Shown here: positions 36,300 to 48,290 of the stretch, one piece after another
Numbering within the stretch: position 1 is the stretch's first letter
How the letters are laid out: each line of letters opens with the position of its first letter
The notes under the pieces: model-generated
Seen by the model: the letters and a program-made list of their open reading frames with translations, nothing else
Databases searched by the model: none
Told to the model about the DNA's origin: nothing
Made by a program: the position numbers and the translations under genes
Source: the human T2T-CHM13v2.0 reference genome, Homo sapiens
Length of the DNA stretch: 64,000 nucleotides
NCBI RefSeq assembly: GCF_009914755.1
Contig: NC_060929.1
Reading direction: 5' to 3' (one strand)

Positions 36300-36822
36300 G
36301 CACCTTTTGCCCTGTGCTCAGCATCCACTCCCCTTTGTTTTGTAATGGTGTTTCTCTGTCACTGGGGGAATTCTCCTCACATCAGTCATGTGGTTGGTGG
36401 GACTATCAGTCCCTCCCTGCCTACAGCCATGGGTGAGTACACAACAAGGCACTGACCGACCAGCACGTTCCATCCTCCTGCTCTGGTGATGGTCACACAA
36501 CCCGCCAATGCATTAAATCATAGTCTTCAGTTGGGACACTGGGTTGAGAAACTCCTGTGCTTGAAGCAGTGGGATGTATACATGGAACAGAGAGAGCTTC
36601 CTGAGAGTAAAATCAACATAGAGAAAGTCAGAGCTGGGAGCCAGTGAGAGTCTGAGTGCTGCTATGTTCAAGCTCCTGTGTCTAGTCTATCCCACCCCAG
36701 GAATGAGTTTTAGCTGCTTCAGCCACTAAATTTCTTAGGTTTATTGGTCATTATTTTTGGCTTTCATTACCTTTTGTTATGTGTCTGACACTTGCAATGG
36801 AGGGAGTCTTACCTGAAATACC
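36300..36822 (+). mobile_element. MLT1K-like MaLR LTR
   Basis: ctgtgctcagcatcc...ctctggtgatggtc...ctgacacttgcaatggagggagtcttacctgaaata. Confidence 0.5.
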
Positions 36823-37414
36823 TAAGCAGACTTCAGCATCATGTGTGGCTTCCGTGGTGACCTTTGGTGAGTCGTTCACCCTCTGAGATGGAGACACGGA
36901 AGACGGAGGGCCTAGAGGTCACTGAGTCTAATTCCCTGCACTTGCTATTTCCAGTTCTTCCATGAAAACAAGCGTGAAGTAAATCATTCCCACTCCCATC
37001 TGTATCAACTTGGTTTACATTCCACACAAAAAGCCGACAGGCCACTTTATTGAAGTAAAGAAATGAAGTCACCCTGGTGTGTGAATTGTTTTGAAGAAAA
37101 CTCCCTTAAATCCTTGGAATTTCAATTTCAGAAGAAGAAAAAGCTACACAAATTAGTGCATTTTCCAAAAAATAAAAACTTCCTTTTATTACCAATATGG
37201 TGGAGTCTCCTATTACAGAATTCCTTGAACATCTCAGAAAAAAATTACGTACAAAACTCAATGTTTACCTTATCTACAACATACATATCTTGTCACATCA
37301 CAGATCGTCTTGGCACACGAGGTTATTTCTAGCCTGGGAGGGGAAATATCTCTAGCAGAATGCCAAGGAATGTGGTACAGCTGGATGAAAGAAGCCCGGC
37401 AAGAGGAGAGTATG

Positions 37415-37697
37415 CATCAATGTGTCCGTCTATACAGAATTCCAGAAAATGCATGCTAACCTACAGGGGCAGAAAACAGAGCAGTAGTCACTAGGGACAG
37501 GGTGGAGGGAAGAAAGAATTGCAAATGGACACAAGAACACTTTTGGAGGTAATGGAAATGTTTGGTATCTTGATTTCACAAGTGTTTATATCTGTATGTA
37601 TGTACAAGTATATGTCCAAACACATCAAGTTGTACACTTTAAATATGTAAAGCATATTGCATAGAAAATCTACCTTAAGAGGGTAGCAAAAAGAAAA
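37415..37697 (+). mobile_element. L1ME-type 3' end
   Basis: aattccagaaaatgca...acttttggaggtaatggaaatgtt...aagttgtacactttaaatatgt. Confidence 0.7.
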
Positions 37698-38344
37698 GAG
37701 TATAGTACCAAACTAGGTAAATGAAGCATGAAATGAAAGACAAACTGAGCAGTGAGCTATATAGGAATTTAGAGGAAGCCTTCACCATCCTGAGTAAGTT
37801 CCTTACACCTAGAGAAGCTTTTCACAAAGTTAGATAATTATCCTTAGCATTTTCTTAAAAGACCTCTACACTAAGTTTCTCCTCCACCTGTGTGTAGTGG
37901 TACCTGCAGTTCCCACCAGTATTGTCACTCCTGCAGGGCCCCTGGAGACAGGAGCATTTAAACAGAGTGTCTGCATCATGTTGCATCATTAGCTAATGCC
38001 TTCCTTGATTTACACTGGAAATCAACCTTCCCCCTATAAACTTTATACACCAGAGAGAATCTGTGACTTTAAGGTTCAGAGGTAGTTCATATTTTTTTAA
38101 AGCAAGGAGTCTTGCATGTCAGGATAATTACCAAAACTCCCAAGCAGATCTTAAACCTCGGGCTGCACATACTGTCTGCCCAGACTCTCTATGCCCAATG
38201 TCCATCTTTCACTGCTCAGATAGAAATGAAGATGGACCATCATGGTTGTGACCACTGCTTTTGACACTGGCATTGTGTTGCCTAGAATCATGGAGCTGGC
38301 TTCTCTTTTTAGTTGTTTCTTGCCTATATAACCCCTTCCCCAAA

Positions 38345-38345
<1 letters not shown>

Positions 38346-38395
<50 letters not shown>
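38346..38395. repeat. (CA)25 microsatellite
   Basis: Perfect dinucleotide run. Confidence 0.98.
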
Positions 38396-38397
<2 letters not shown>

Positions 38398-41300
38398 GAT
38401 AAACAAAACAAAACAAAAAAACTCCACCATACCCCCACTCCCCCTTATTCTACTTTGATTTTTTTTTTTGGCTACAAAATTAGTAAGCCACTCAAATAAT
38501 GCTTATGATCTTCTGTATAAATCGTTAGAAATTCTACTTTCCATGCTGACCTTGGACTGCAAAACACTAAGGTGACTAACATTGCAGAATGATCTCCTTG
38601 GATCTATAGCCGTTTAGCTGAGAGTTTGGCCTGTGGGAACAAAATATAGGACCAGTAAATTTAGACTGTAGGAAGAACATTCTAGGAGGATAAAATCAGG
38701 ACCAAGGGGAGTGCCAGGTCCTGCCGGGGGTGCTAGAGATGGGAGGATGGGGTGTTGGGAGGACACGAGGGGACACTGCCCACCTTCCCGAGATTCCTCC
38801 CCTGTTCTCTATCTCAGTGGTTCTGAAGTGTGTGGCAAGCAGTCCAGACCCCCCCGTCTGGGCAGAATATCCTCCTGGGAGTCTAGAAATCACATGTCTT
38901 GTTTCCACACAGAGGAAGCAATTCAGATTTAAGTTAAGCTTTTAACTTAACCATATGCCGATCTGTGCATCTTGAGGGGGGACAAAGTGGAACTTTCACT
39001 TTGCTCTTTTTATCTGTACCCTCACACATCCACACACACAAGCCTCATTTGTGAAGATCTCTTTGAAATGTATTCACTGAAGATAATTATAGAGGTCTAA
39101 CACTTCTGCTCTTCAATTAATGCTATAAAATTAATGGTCCTTCATTTTTACATCATATGCAAATGATGGTGTCATCTCCAACTGTAAACCTCTCTACTCA
39201 CACACTGAATATGATTAGTGTCCCTTTAAGCAGAATTCGAGCATGTGACCTTCTGGGGTATGTCAGGAGCGAAATCTCTGCATGCTATTTCCAAGGTTTC
39301 ATTATAAAACATTCTTAAAAAAGCAGAATTTCAGAGATGACATCAAAACACGTTTTAGTCACTGATCTTTTGGGGTCGTGGCCTTAGGAGAGAGCAGACA
39401 AGAGGCGGGGCACACTTTATAAATCTACTATTCTCACCTGAGAATTACCAGGCTTCACAATAAACACATTTCCAAACCAAGAACAGATAGATTCATGTAA
39501 TATAACGAGGCAGGTATAGTGGAAATGCGGTAGCATTCAAATATTGTACCCATTAGAATATCCTTTTGCAAACAGACCCAGGGGAATGCTTGGTCAGAGA
39601 GTAGATGTATTTTCTTTACAAAAAGTTCTGAAAACTAATCAAAATGGCTGACTCAGTGGTTCAGAAAGGAAAAATTAAGATGTTATGATTATTTTACTTC
39701 AAGGACTGCACATCAGGGGTTTGTGACCCTGTGGCTTCTGATGAGAATGTTGGCATCTTGCAGGAATCACTGCGTGCATGTGTCTGTTCCAGGAGGTGCA
39801 TTTCTACACTTTAGGCACTTGGCTGAGTTGGAAATATTGCATAGTTTGAGTGCACCCACACTCAGAGTCAATATCTTCACTCATTTGGAGAGCTTTTGTC
39901 AAATAATAGAATACCATCTGGTATTTGAGTCCTAGGGAGGGGTGTACAAGTTTAAGAGGACTGGAGGCTAAGGAAAGTGATAGAGGGACATGAAGAAAAA
40001 TAAAACTAAAACAACAACAACAGAAAACACTGATCACCTCTTCTCAAGTGGGGAAAAAAAGAATTGTAAGCAGATTCAAGATACCAGGCTGGAATTGGGT
40101 CCTAGGTTGATGGATTCTGCAGTCTCTGGCAGCCTGGATTGCTTGGATTGATGGACACACTCCTGAAGCCAAGTTCAAAGAGAGTGTGCCTATTTATCCT
40201 TTGTGATCTGCTGAATTGGATGAAATGAAAATATTCAGGGATTTTTTTTTTCTCTGTGGCAAGGGAGAATTCCTTGGCTGCAGGAATACTGTCTGCAAGT
40301 TGAGGAAATTTGGGTGTCAGGAAGAGGCAGGTTTAAATAGTCTGACTTTAGCCATAGGTTTGCCCTGTGGGCGATAAGAGTTGCATATGGGAAAATTGCT
40401 AAGCTTTTGCACCCAGGTAGTGTTGTATTTCAACAAAATTTAAGAGTCTTCTAGTGTGGGTGGCATCACTTTGCACAACCCTGTTGCTGTTTTCTGGGCA
40501 GCTGTGGCTGCACCAGATAAGTAGCATTCCTGGTCCCTGCTCTGTTACATGAAGGAATTCGGGGAGATGCCCCCAGCACACTCTTCTGTATGTGTAGGAT
40601 GAATCTGGGGGCTGGAGCAGAAATAGGGGCTGACTGTTACATACTTAAAATGAGGTAGAGAAAATTGCATTAACCAGAATTCCTCTGAAAGAGAGCCCTG
40701 AATATATCTGGATAAAGAAATACTTCAGCAAGTCATTTGGGGTGGAGGGTGAAACCCAAGAGTATATTCAAGTTTAAAAAGTTATTATTAAACTGCTCTG
40801 CATGAGGTAAGGAGAGGAATTTGTCACACTCTTAAAAGGGAGAGGAAAGAAAGAGAGTGAGGGGAAATGGCGGTGGGAGGCGGCAAGAGAGAGACCAGCA
40901 AGTGGTAAAATCGTGTACTCTGTGTGAGGTGAGCCACTCTACATGGTCCTGCCCTCCCATTCTTAAATAAAGTGACAAAGCTCACAAAATGCTGGGTGTG
41001 AATGGAGGTTTGTGGAACCCCCTGAAGGAGCTAAGGTTAGTGTCTGGCTGCTGTAGATGAAATAGAGGTAGCATACATGATTGCAAGCATCAGAGAGGAG
41101 GACCCCATAGGGATATTGGCCCTGGACAGTTGCAGAAACCACAGCAAGAACTTTGGACATTAACGGGTGATGGAATTGGCTGTGAATCAAGTTTATCTTG
41201 TTATCCCAAAGGTCGGGGTGGGAGGCAGCTGAATTCCAGGTAATATGTGGATAACCTTGAAGCAACCAGAATATCTAAAGATGTCTGCTGCTTCTGTGTT

Positions 41301-41619
41301 TTCCATGAGAAATGTTATCTAAAGTATAATGAAATCTTATAGAATCAAATATAATGACTACTTATAGAAACCAAGATATTATTTAAACAGAAAGCAAGTA
41401 TAATTTCCTGTTTAGTTAGGCTGACCACTATCCAGGTAAACAGACAGCATCCAAGGCATTATGGGAGAAGCAATTCCATCCAGGCCCACTCCATCGGATA
41501 GAGAGTTTGTTTCTGGTATTTAGGGCAATTTCCAAGTAAAAGTAAATAACCCTATAGGATGTTCTAAATGATGCACTCTCTGCAATGAAACAATGTTTTT
41601 TCCCCAAAATAAATAGTCT

Positions 41620-42056
41620 ACTAACAACTAAATGTAATAATAATCTTGTTTGGATCTTGTTTCACATTATCAACTATATACGTATATATACATATATATT
41701 TTTTTTTGAGAGGAGGGAAATTTGAATTGGGAATAAAACAAGCAAGAAATTATTGTCAACTTTGATAGGCATGATGATGGCATCATGGTTATGTAAGAGA
41801 GTGTTTATATTTTAAAAGATGCATACTTAAATACCTTTATTTAAGAGATGCAGGGTAAGATGACACAATACCCAAGATTAGCTTTAAAACACTTCGGCAA
41901 GAGAGAGAGAGAAAAAAAAGAGAGAGAAAATGGATTCAGCAAGAGGATCAAAGCCACAACAATTGTTGAATCTGGTGGATGAACATAAGGGGGCTTACTG
42001 TACTATTCTGTCTACTTTGTGCATATCTGGAATTTTCACTAACAAATTTAAAAAAC
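41620..42056 (+). mobile_element. Old L1 (L1MC/ME) 3' end
   Basis: acaactaaatgtaa...gatgatggcatcatggttatgtaaga...aattgttgaatctgg...tgtactattctgtctactttgtgcatat. Confidence 0.7.
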
Positions 42057-42228
42057 AGTTCAAACAAAATAAAATTGGGCCCTCACAGTTTTCAGTGCCT
42101 TGAATATCCCAAGGGAGCTAACTTTCACCTCCTTTTACTCTTCCTTATATCTAAGGCTTAGGAGACGGTCATCATCTGTCTACCACTGATACATCACCTG
42201 TTTTCAAGTTAAAAAAAAATTTGGAAGG

Positions 42229-42703
42229 TGTTGTGGGATGAACTTGTCCCTCCAAAATCCATATGTTGCAGTCTCAACCCCTAACACCTCAGAATGTGAC
42301 TATATTTGGAGATACTGTCTTTAAAGAGGTAATTAAGATAAAATGAGGTCACATGGCTGGGGGCTAATTCATGTGACTGTATTTGAGTACAGGGTCTTCA
42401 GAAAGGTGATTAAGTTAAACCGAGGCTATTAAGATGGACCCTAATCCAATACGACTGGTGTCCTTTTAAGGAGGAGAGATGCCAGGGCACGTGTACACAG
42501 AGGGATGACTGTATGAAGAGGGAGCAAGAGGATGGCCATCTGCCAGCCAAAGAAAGAGGCCTCAGCAGAGGAAACAAAACCAACCCTGCCGGCGCCTTGG
42601 TCTTGGACTCCCAGCCTCCAGAACTGTGAAAAAAATGCATTCCTGTTGATTAAGCCACCGGTCTATGGTATTTTTTTTATGGCAGCCCTTGTGAACTAGT
42701 TCT
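42229..42703 (+). mobile_element. MLT1B-like MaLR solo LTR with TSD
   Basis: ccaaaatccatatgttg...ctcagaatgtgactatatttggagata...ccctaatccaatacgactggtgtcctt...cagcctccagaactgtga. Perfect GAAGG flanks at 42224-42228 and 42704-42708. Confidence 0.92.
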
Positions 42704-45700
42704 GAAGGGAATTGAACTGATAATGGATTTGCCTCAGTGGAGCTGCCTGAATGAATTCCAGGCTATTCTCTCTTCTCCCAAAAAGAAACTCACAAAAAGA
42801 AGAGGATTCCATCTTCTTTTCTCCCTTCCTTTCTTTGCTCCTGCTACAATCTCCTTCACATTGCCCGCATTCTGGTTCTGGTGCTGTTACATCTGCCAAA
42901 ATACCAGGAAAAACACCACCTCCTGATTCGAGCTTTTGAATCTTCTGAGCCTACTCTGGTTTTTCAGTCCACGTCCTGATCTTTCCTTGTCTTCTTTGGA
43001 CACAAATAATGAACCCTTGAAAAGGATAAAAAAAAGTTTTAAAAAGTGAACCATTCATGGAATTAGAATATAGTGGTAGCCTATAATTCTACTTTTCATC
43101 CCTCTTGAAAGAGAAACATTGTCCTAATACTTAAAGTATTTATTATATCTTAAAGGAAGGCTCTTATTTCTGGTTCAGAGATTCAATGTGGCAGTTATAA
43201 TTATGTTCTGGATACAACATTGTTAAAAATTTGGATTTTCAAGCTAAAAATGATTTTTAAGTATGTAATTACCTATTAATTCCCCTGAAATTGTGATTTG
43301 CCATTTTTTTGTCATAACTCATCTGAAAAAAACTATTTTTAAAGAGAAACTCTGAACTGACACACGAGTGCCTGGGTCTTGGCATTGCTGACTCTGCAAC
43401 ACATGGCGATTTCAGCAGGAACAATAAACTGAAGTCATAACAATGGATAATATTTTAATATAATGGAACATAATCGTTAACTTTGCTCAACAGGAAGGAA
43501 ATGAATTTTCCTCATTGTACACGAGAAAAGCAGGTATAAGAAACTTTCAAAGGATGTTCTACCCAAACAGAATGGGTTTAAGAACCGTCACAACAATAGC
43601 CTTATAGCATCTGGTGTCAGCAAACTGAACAAATGGTGCTTCTGAGGAAAGAATGTGGCTCAGTGTCTCTCAGAAATACATGTAAATGAACTTGAAATTT
43701 TAGAGGATGATTAATCCTACCCAGTAAAGTACCTTTCCCACGGGTCTTTCTCAGATCTCAGGTAAATCGTTCTTTTTATCACATTTGTCCACCCCACCCA
43801 CTCAAAGTGAATATCCTATTAAACCTCCACAAACCTGTTTCAAATTAAAATGGTGCATGGTAATATTAAAGTGTGCATTTATTAAATATTCTGTGTAAGT
43901 CATAAGAAATTCAAAATATTTTTATAAGACACCTGCGACTGTGGTGTAAGTTGCTTTTTAGAAGTAATGAATCTTCAAAATTCTCTTTGATACAATTTTG
44001 ATTTTGTCCTGGTACTTCCTGCTACTGTCCTTCATTGATTCTTACCTTGGCCCACTTCTGGTCATCTCTATTTCTTTTTCATTTTTCTGTCTTTATATTT
44101 CTCAGCTTCCCCAATACAAACAACTGTCTAGAATTGATACATCCCAGAATTCTCATCCAAACATTTACATCCAAGTCAGACCAAAAGAGAACAGAGACCA
44201 GATTCATTAATTCAGTGATCCAACATCAGTTAAGTAACTAAAAAGAAACCAGACCAATTTTTAACCCACTGGGGCAAAGTGACCAGTTTCTTTGATTTTT
44301 CTTTTTTTCAGTTCAGCGTATTTGGAGATCATGGACATGCAGCCACAGTTCTCTGAGGGTCACCACATAGACCTCACACAGTTTGTTTTATCGGTCTATA
44401 AGCTGGTGCATATTTCACAGTCATTCACTACTATAAAAATGGAAATATGCTACCTGTGCTCCTCCCCCACCATTATACAAGAGCCTGATTACTTGATGTG
44501 GATCAAATCACCACCCACTCCCAACGTAACTACTGCAAGTGCTGTAGTCTCATGTGACTGAGCATAAGCCCCTGAGCCGGTGTATGCTCCTTTCCTGAAC
44601 TGTCAGCCCCCTACAGTGGCTATTATGACAACAGCCCTTGCTGAACCTTGTTTGTAGCTGGCAGGACTGTCTGCAACTTGCATCATTAATAAAAACTTCT
44701 TCACACCTCTACAGGTTGTCATCACAGATCAACATTTTCCCACCTACTTTACTCTTCTCCCCTCGGAAAGAAATTTCTTCTGGACACACTTGTACTCTAA
44801 GTCCTTGTGAAGCTTTGGCAAACTCTGCAATGGGCCCCCACCTTTCCTCTCCTCAGCCCTTTCCCTCCTGGGGCAGAAAGGACAGAGAAAGCAGGAGGTG
44901 GACTCCCCAAGCCACATTCCTGCACTCCTGCCAGCCTGGCTGGTGGTAGCGGTGCTTGGCTTCCCTCCAGCCTAGGGTACTCACTGCCTGGCAATAGAGC
45001 AATTTTTGAGGGGCACAGGGTTTTGTGACCAAGAGACAAAAATAAAATTAATCACAACCTTACAAATGGCAAAAAAGAAAAACTGACAGAAATAAACAAA
45101 CAAACAAAACTCTGGGTTTTTAAAAATGGAAGTCTGGCTTCAGTCTTGAATATTAGGATTCTGATGAATTATGTATGAAATGACATAGTTCATGGAATAG
45201 ATTTAATATGCCATATTCTTCTTTCCCCTTACCCACCGCTTCCCCTCCCCCATTCCAACAAGGCCTTGAGCTTTATGATGAAAGGTGAAATTGGGTCGGG
45301 GTTGGAGGGAACTGAGAAAGAACAGAGAAGCCAATTAAAATCAAAATAAAAATGTCTTCTTATCCTTTCCTCCTCACTTCACTTGACAATTATCTTGCAC
45401 ATATGAAATAGGTCTTCACTTGACCCTTCTCTAACTAACAAGGGCATCATGAGACACCAGAACTTATTTTTTTCTCTATTTGAAGCCTTAATTTTTTTCA
45501 TTAGTATACTAAATACAGAGAGGTCCTGAGATATAGAAAATGCCAAAAAGCAGGCCGAGCAACTGATGGGTCATGAAGTAAAGGGAGGAACTGAAGTAAT
45601 TAACTCCACGAAGACAGAGACCATGTTCTTGAAATAATCAGTAAAAGGGACCGTCTCCCAAACCCAGTGTAGATACTCAGTAATAAGAACAGCAAGAAGG

Positions 45701-45919
45701 ACAAACCTAACATGTTGGCTGGTGATGTTCATTCATGCCTCACTTCCGTTCACAGAACTCCCTGGCAGGCATCCATAGTACCATATGCTTTGGGGAAGTG
45801 GGAATGCTGATTGTTGTCGTTATGGGGAATTGAGTCTCATTGCTTCATGAGATTCCGGGTGGCAGAAATGTTCTGAGAAAGAACGTGTCCCAATAGGTGT
45901 GCCATGGGAATCTTAGCAC

Positions 45920-46110
45920 AGGATAGAACTTCATAGAGGACCTCCTCTAAACTCTCAATTATAAAGGTGAGGAAATGGAGGTCCAGGGAGGCAAAAATGG
46001 AGACTCAGGGAGCTTGCCCAGCGGTCGAAATAACAATGTCGAGCTTAGCGGGAGTGATGGAATTAGGATCTGGAACTCCCGATTCTCACACTCTTTAGGC
46101 TGACTCACCA
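45920..46110 (-). mobile_element. MIR fragment
   Basis: ataaaggtgaggaaatggaggtccagggagg...gcttgcccagcggtc...tcccgattctca. Confidence 0.55.
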
Positions 46111-46146
46111 CTTTCAAGCTTCAGGCTCCAGGCTCCATACTGTGGC

Positions 46147-46921
46147 TTTTTTTTATTTTTTAAATATATTTTAGGGGTACAAGTGCAGGTTTCTTTGATG
46201 CATATATTGTGTCATGAAGCCTGGCCTTTTAGTGTGTTCATCCCCTGAATAGTGAAGATTGTATCCAATAGGTCATTTTTCAACCCTCACCCTCCTCCTA
46301 CCGCCCCACCTCTTGGAGTCTCGAACGTCTATTATTCCACTCTGCATATCCATGTATACTTATTGTTTAGCTCCCGCTTATAAGTGAGAACATGCAGTAT
46401 TTGGCTTTCTGTTTCTGTGTTATTTCCTTGAAGATAATGGCTTCAGTTCCATCCATGTTGCTGCGAAAGACATAATTTCATTCTTTGTTTTTAATGGCTG
46501 AGTAGTATTCCATGATGTATACATACCACACGTTCTTTATCCAGTCTTCTATTGATGGACATTTAGGTTGATTCCATACCTTTGCTATTGTAAATAGAAC
46601 TGCAATAAATATGCAAGTGCAGGTATCTTTTTGATATAATGATTTCTTTTCCTTTGGGTAGATAGCCAGTAGTGAAGTTGCTGAATTGAAGGGCAGTTAG
46701 TACTATTTTTAGTTCTTTGAGGACTATCCATACTGTTTTTCATAAAAGTTGTACTAATTTACTTTCCCACTAACAGTATATAAGCGTTCCCCTTTCTCCG
46801 TATCCTTGCCAACATCTGTTGTTTTTAGACGTTTTAATAATAGCCATTCTGACTGGTGTGAGATGGTATCTTATTGTGGTTTTGATTTGCATTTCTCTGA
46901 TAATTAGTGATGCTGAGCACA
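46147..46921 (-). mobile_element. L1PB-type 3' end fragment
   Basis: ggggtacaagtgcaggttt...tttagctcccgcttataagtgagaacatgcagtatttgg...agccattctgactggtgtgagatggtatct...gatgctgagca. Confidence 0.9.
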
Positions 46922-47223
46922 TAATACCTGTGTCTAGTCAGCCATCTTCATCCCTCCCCCATCCTGTGACTTTAATGGCAACCCTGTAGATGCTGATTCT
47001 GGTGTCTCCAATATTTTTAGTCATTGAGATATCTAGAATCTTTTTGCTCTCTTAATATCAGACAAATAAAACACAAAGGAAGAAAAAGTATAAAGAAAAG
47101 AATGTGAACTTTGGAGTCAAAATAAATTGCAGCTCTTCATAGACAATAGTTTAAACTCTTTGAACCTCAGTTTTCTAATCTGTAAACTGGGAATAATCAC
47201 TATCATAATCATAAGGTGTAGAG

Positions 47224-47706
47224 ATGCATGTTTATAGCAGCACAATTCACAATTGCAAAAATACGGAACCAGCCCAAATGCCCATCAATCAAAGAGTGGA
47301 TAAAGAAAATGTGGTATATAAATGTATATACCATGGAATACTACTCAGTCATGAAGCGGAATGAAATAATGGCATTTGCAGCAACCTTGATGGAATTGGA
47401 GACTATTATTCTAAATGAAGTAACTCAGAAATGGAAAACCAAACATCATGTGTTCTCACTTATAAGTGGGAGCTACACTTTGAGGATGCAAAGGTATAAG
47501 AATGATACGATGGACTTTGGAGGACTTGGGGAAATGGTGGGACGGAGTGAGGGATAAAAGACTACACATTGGGTACAATGTACGTTGCTCAAGCGATGGG
47601 TGCACCAAAATCTCAGAAATCACCTCTAAAGAACTTATTCATGTAATCAAACACCACCTGTTCCCCAAAAGCCTGTTGAAATAAAAAAATTAGAAAGAAA
47701 AGAAAA
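47224..47706 (+). mobile_element. L1PB1-like 3' end inserted in a MIR
   Basis: ORF 47228-47557 (MFIAAQFTIAKIRNQPKCPSIKEWIKKMWY) is the ORF2 C-terminus. 3' UTR gtgcaccaaaatctcagaaatcacc with an A-rich tail. MIR text lies on both sides (47100-47220, 47707-47750). Confidence 0.92.
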
Positions 47707-48134
47707 ATATTGTGTGTAGAGCACTAAGCATACCAAATAACTAATGGTAGCTGAGCAGGAAATCTCAGAGCAAACCCTGTATCTGAGAGGCTGAGTCAGT
47801 GGGACAGAGACCTGAGTCCTCCTCTCACAAGAAAGAGCCCTGTCTCACTGAGGTCCCTTCAACTGCTATCACACCCTGAGCACTTAACATTCTCAGACTG
47901 AAGGCACTTCTGTGTGAACACGTGTATTGGAACCATAATGTAACGAGATGATTTACCAAAAAACACCCCAGAGAATCTGTCTCTGAAGTGGCATCTACAG
48001 AGAAAGAAAGCGACTTTGTAACATTAAATTGATGCACAGAGTCCTGGAAAAATAAAAAGAGAGAAATAAGCCTGGGACTAACAAAAAATTAAAAGAAAAA
48101 AATGTTTGGGGAAGAACTGTTCTTGAAGCCAAAA

Positions 48135-48290
48135 GAGGGAGATTCAAGTCCTGACTTTTCTCTAACTGCTGTGTGAGTTGGGAAAGTCACCTACCTTCTC
48201 TGAATCTGTTTCCTCAACTATTAAATAAAAATAAAATAATATGCCTTATGGGTTTGCTGAGACAATTAGCATACAGAAAATGTTTTTAAA
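48135..48290 (+). mobile_element. MIR fragment
   Basis: ttcaagtcctgact...tgctgtgtgagttgggaaagtcacctaccttctctgaatctgtttcctca. Confidence 0.7.

Noticed and set aside
38151-38458. ORFs with VCVCVC or HTHTHT runs
   Set aside because: These are translations of the (CA)n microsatellite.
42294-42450. ~75-bp internal direct repeat in the MLT1B-like LTR
   Set aside because: I recall this duplication in other MLT1B-type copies, so it is probably inherited from the element and not locus-specific.
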